From Octopus vulgaris (lineage: Eukaryota): a DNA stretch of 64,000 bases. Position 1 is the first letter of the stretch; each line of letters starts with the position of its first letter. The notes beneath the pieces are model-generated. The model did not search any database. It was not told the DNA's origin and worked only from the letters and a program-made list of their open reading frames with translations. The DNA is taken from assembly GCA_951406725.2 (NCBI GenBank), contig OX597840.1, positions 27,032,001-27,096,000 on the forward strand. Direction: 5' to 3'. The position numbers were made by a program, and so were the translations under genes. Below are positions 58,918-64,000 of the stretch, in pieces.

Positions 58918-59133
58918 TTGTGTGTCTGTGTTTGTCACCCTAGCATTGCCTGACAACCGATGCTGGTGTGTTTATGTCCCCGTTACTTAGCGGTTCGGCA
59001 AAAGAAACCGATAGAATAAGCTTTGGGCTTACAAAAGAATAAGTCCCGGAGTCGATTTGCTCGATTAAAGGCGGTGTTCCAGCATGGCGGCAGTCAAATG
59101 ACTGAAACAAGTTAAAGAGTAAAGAGAGAGAGT
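58719..59133 (+). mobile_element. Family B SINE, full length
   Basis: Head to tail match. Confidence 0.93.
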
Positions 59134-59134
59134 A

Positions 59135-59445
59135 AGACTGAGTGGGTGAGATAGTGATGTTAAGATGGTGTTGTGAGGTGTTGTAGATGTGTGTGGAATG
59201 AGTTGGAGAGTGTGTTGTTAGGATGGTGTCGTAGTAGTGTTGTGAGGTGTTATAGAAGTGCCTAGACTGAGTGGGAGAGGTAATATTAAGATGGTGCTGT
59301 AGTAATGTTGTGAGGTGTTGTGGATGTGTGTGGAATAAGTGGGAGAGAGTGATGTTATGTTGGTGTTGAAGAATGTTGTGGGGTGTCGCAGATGTGTGTG
59401 GGCTCAGCGGGGGAGATAATATTGTTAGGACGATGCCGTAGTAGT
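59135..59445 (-). repeat. Inverted relative of the 37545-37892 minisatellite
   Basis: gagatagtgatgttaagatggtgttgtgaggtgttgtagatgtgtgtgga units. Confidence 0.75.
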
Positions 59446-59483
59446 CTTTTCTATGTATATGTGTAGGTGATATGTATGTGATG

Positions 59484-59580
<97 letters not shown>

Positions 59581-60474
59581 TGTATGTATGTGTATGTATG
59601 CTTCACAATCATGGCGGATAATAAACAGGATGATGGCGCCTTTCGTTCGCCATTTTAAGACGACACGTTCGTCCGTTAGTTTGGACAGTTGCTTGGTTTT
59701 TTGTCGCTAGTATTGACCATTCCACTTAACTGATCCAATTGCCATGCACCAATATTTGATCATCTTATTTATCTCGACTAATCAATCACACGTTTATCAA
59801 TATATTCCTGTTCTGTTTTTCTATTTATTCATTTATTTATTTATATATTTATTTATATATTTACTCTCTTTCATGTCTCAGGATATATTCCTTCACTAAT
59901 CACCAATTTTAACATCGAGACACATTCCACCAATTTCGCTCCAATTTCCCGATTTTTTCTTTATATTCTTTCATTCATATATTTCTAACGTAACTTTTTC
60001 TTTCATCCTTCTTTGCCTTTTTCCATCTTTATTTCATTTTCATTCTCTTTTTTTTCTTCCTTCCTCTTAACATTTGACCTTTTCTTCATTTTTCTCCTTT
60101 CTTTTTTTCATTCTTTCTTTCTCACTTTCCACCTTTATTTTTTTATTTGTTTATTTAATTCGTCTCTTTCTTTCGTTCTCTTTTTCTTTCTGCTTTTCTT
60201 TCTTTCTTCCTGTCTTTCTTTCCTTCTTTCTCAATAGCTACCTTTCTGTTGTCCGTTCTTTGCATCTTTTCCTTCCGTTTTTCATTCGTCTCCTTTCTTT
60301 CGTTTTTCTTTCCGTGGTGGGGGACAAACACTGACACACAAACACACACACACACACACACATATATGTATATATGTATATATAAATCTGTGAATGGGCT
60401 CCTGACAAAATGTGTCTTACAGTGTGATAAATATGACAAGATATATATATATATATAGGGAGAGAGAGAAGGGG

Positions 60475-60509
60475 GATAGACAGACAGACAGACAGACAGA
60501 TAGACAGAC

Positions 60510-60579
<70 letters not shown>

Positions 60580-60717
60580 CTTTTTATTGTGGCCACACAG
60601 GGCTAAACACAGAATAAAAATGGACGAAATACAATGTAGAGTTTTTCTTTTCGAGGTGGGATGGGTGGGACACACGATAGATAGATAGATAGGTAGATAG
60701 ATAGATAGATAGATAGG

Positions 60718-60795
<78 letters not shown>

Positions 60796-60835
60796 TGCAG
60801 AAAAACAGATCGATTAAAGGAAGGCTGGATAACGA

Positions 60836-60903
<68 letters not shown>

Positions 60904-60905
60904 AA
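60475..60905. repeat. (GATA)n and (GAAA)n microsatellites
   Basis: Directly visible. Confidence 0.95.
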
Positions 60906-61189
60906 ACTAGTAAGGAATATAAAAAAAAACAGTCGCGTGAAAAATAACTGAAAGGACGAAAGGAACATTAAAAGAACCAGGAAATTGGGAAAATGTGTGA
61001 AAATGGTGGAATTGATGATTAGTGATGGAACAGAGGCTGGAAGGAGTCTGCGGGAACGGACAATGTAAAAGATGAGAAGGAATCATATTGGTGCGTCTCT
61101 GACGGATTGGAGCGGGTAAATGAGCGACAAATGTCCACAAATTAATAGCCATCACAAGGTTTTTACTCAGCGGTCTGTCTGTTTGTCTA

Positions 61190-61238
<49 letters not shown>

Positions 61239-61301
61239 AATTATAAATATATATATACATAGATATGTATATATGTATATACACACACATATAATATATC
61301 C

Positions 61302-61438
<137 letters not shown>

Positions 61439-61666
61439 ATATATTATATATGGTTACATGTATGAGTGTGTATGTCTCGTTTCTCTGGGGGTTTTTTCGT
61501 TGTTCGAAAAAAAGTTCGTTTCTATGTTGTTGTTTTTTTGTTCTTGGTTTTCATTGTGTTTTTTCTTTTTGATGTCCTGTACCCATATAGGCATGTTTAT
61601 ATACATATATAGGTAGTATGTACATATATGTATGTATATATGCATATATTTATATATTATTTATAT

Positions 61667-61716
<50 letters not shown>

Positions 61717-61828
61717 TACAAACATATGTATGAATATATGTATATATATGTGTATACATATATTGATCTATATATCTTTGACCATTCCTCTGTCTCCCTC
61801 TTTTAGATTTCTCTCTATATATATATAC

Positions 61829-61881
<53 letters not shown>

Positions 61882-61882
61882 C

Positions 61883-61942
<60 letters not shown>

Positions 61943-62009
61943 GTATCTGAATATCCCTTGTTTATTTATTCAGTTATTTATATGAATTCATATATGTGCA
62001 TATTTATGT

Positions 62010-62049
<40 letters not shown>

Positions 62050-62740
62050 AAAAATATATATGTATATATATATATATATGTATTGATAAAAGATGGGTTT
62101 TTTCTTATATTTTATATATATATTATATTGTGTAGAATTTGATTTAGTATTTCTAAATTGAATTCTTTTTCCTTCTAAGTTTGGATTTTATTCCCTCAAA
62201 TAATAATTATATATACATATATATATATACATATATTTATATATATATTCTTTCCCTCTCTCTCTTTCTTTCTCTTTTTCTCTTCCTCTCTCCCTCTCTC
62301 TCTCTTTCTCAAGTCAACAGCCGTATATCCTAATACCTAACTCTCTAAGTGCTCAACAATATCCGTTTTCCGCTCATTTTCACTCAGAAACGATTTTAAA
62401 GCTGTTCGATAAATGGCAAGGAATATCTAAAACCACCTTCACAAAGATTCTTCGAGCACTGTGTGATTGTGTGCTTGTGTATGTCAGTATGTACATATAA
62501 GCATATATATATATATATATACATACATATATGGACATATTACGGAGATGTACTTGCATAGCAAGTTACCTTACCTGAGCTCGTGTGCTGGAATGAAAAC
62601 AATTGCAGTAAGGAAGGTGTTTATAAGCCATTTAAAACACACAAAAACCGTTAGATTTACTTTTAAATTTAATTTGCCAAAATATATTCGTCGCTTTGAG
62701 ACCGCGACCTGTTCACTGACAAAATTATATATATATTTAA

Positions 62741-62801
<61 letters not shown>

Positions 62802-63144
62802 AATGATAATATTAGGGAGTATAACTTCAAACTTACAGGGGAAAATTCAATTTAGTATTAAATCAAATTTCACAATATAAATATATAATATATATAAATT
62901 ACAGAAAACCACTATTATGTAATTCAAACAATGATAGATATAAACCAAATCATAATACTTATTACTTATTATATATTGATCATTCATTTTTATACTTTTT
63001 ATGATCTAGTTATATGTTTTAATAAAATATTTTATTTTTTATTGTATATAGGTGTGTTTTTATCTTTATTCGTGTGGTAATGAGCAAAAACAAGGGGATT
63101 AAACGAAAGAGTTTTTAGACTAACGTTTTAGAGACGGGGAAAAA

Positions 63145-63960
63145 GTCTGAAACGTTTCGGATGATAGTCCTTCGTGGAAAAAAGGAAGGAAAGGTAAGAG
63201 GGAGACCAAATTAGAGAAGACGGTGGAATAAGTATTGAACGCGGGGTTTTTTTTTCTGGTGGAATTTTTCTAGAATGTAACGCGGTTCTATGAGGAGTTA
63301 GAAATGGTAAAAGAAGTGGATGGTGTGTATCGGAAAATATCCGTGTATTAAGGTGGCGAGCTGGCAGAATCGTTAGCACGCCGGGCGAAATGCTTAGCGG
63401 TATTTCGTCTGCCGTTATGTTCTGAGTTCAAATTCCGCCGAGGTCGACTTTGCCTTTCATCCTTTCGGGGTCGATTAAATAAGTACCAGTTACGTACTGG
63501 GGTCGATATAATCGACTTAATCCGTCTGTTTGTCCTTGTTTGTCCTCTCTGTGTTTAGCCCCTTGTGGGTAGTAAAGAAATAGGCATTTCGTCTGCCATT
63601 ACGTTCTGAGTTCAAATTCCGCCTAGGTCGACTTTGCCTTTCATCCTTTCGGGGTCGATAAATTAAGTACCAGTTACGCACTGGGGGTCGATATAATCGA
63701 CTTAATCCGTTTGTCTGTCCTTGTTTGTCCTCTCTGTGTTTAGCCCCTCGTGGGTAGTAAAGAAGTAGGATGATAATCTTTCATGGAAAAAAAGGAAAGA
63801 AATATAAGAGGGAGAAAAAATTAGGGAAGACAATGAGAAAAGTATTGAACTCGGGTTTTTTTTTTTCTAGTGGAATTTTTCCAGCATGGAACGCGGTTCT
63901 ATGAGGTGTTAGAAATGGAAAAAGAAGTGGATGGTGTGTATCGGAAGATATCCGTGTATG
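63145..63960 (-). repeat. About 190-bp diverged direct repeat with a decayed hammerhead-like end, separated by a SINE dimer
   Basis: 63159-63348 matches 63768-63959; minus strand ttCCACGA-a-gga(ctatca)tcc-GAAA-cg-TT. Confidence 0.6.
63352..63768 (+). mobile_element. Family A SINE dimer
   Basis: Head followed by two units. Confidence 0.92.
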
Positions 63961-64000
63961 AAGACATAAACACACTCACACAAACACACAGACACACATA

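Overview
Gene-poor, repeat-saturated animal genomic DNA with no intact protein-coding gene; nearly all listed ORFs are microsatellite or SINE translations. The SINE families and extreme microsatellite load suggest a coleoid cephalopod such as Octopus (inference). Contents: dozens of copies of four tRNA-headed SINE families (called A-D here), often as head-to-tail multimers; fossil LINE pieces (RTE, R4/Dong-like, CR1-like); two mariner fossils; two non-autonomous Helitrons; one Helentron-associated (DINE-1/HINE-like) element; a decayed Penelope-type GIY-YIG fragment; several minisatellites. The most notable signal is about nine minimal type I hammerhead-ribozyme-like motifs in short non-coding cassettes next to (TA)n/(TG)n tracts. 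They fall into several sequence families with four catalytic-core variants (CUGAUGA, CCGACGA, UUGAAAA, CUGUNGA) and are probably Penelope-like pseudo-LTR remnants. Repeat boundaries were read by eye and are approximate.
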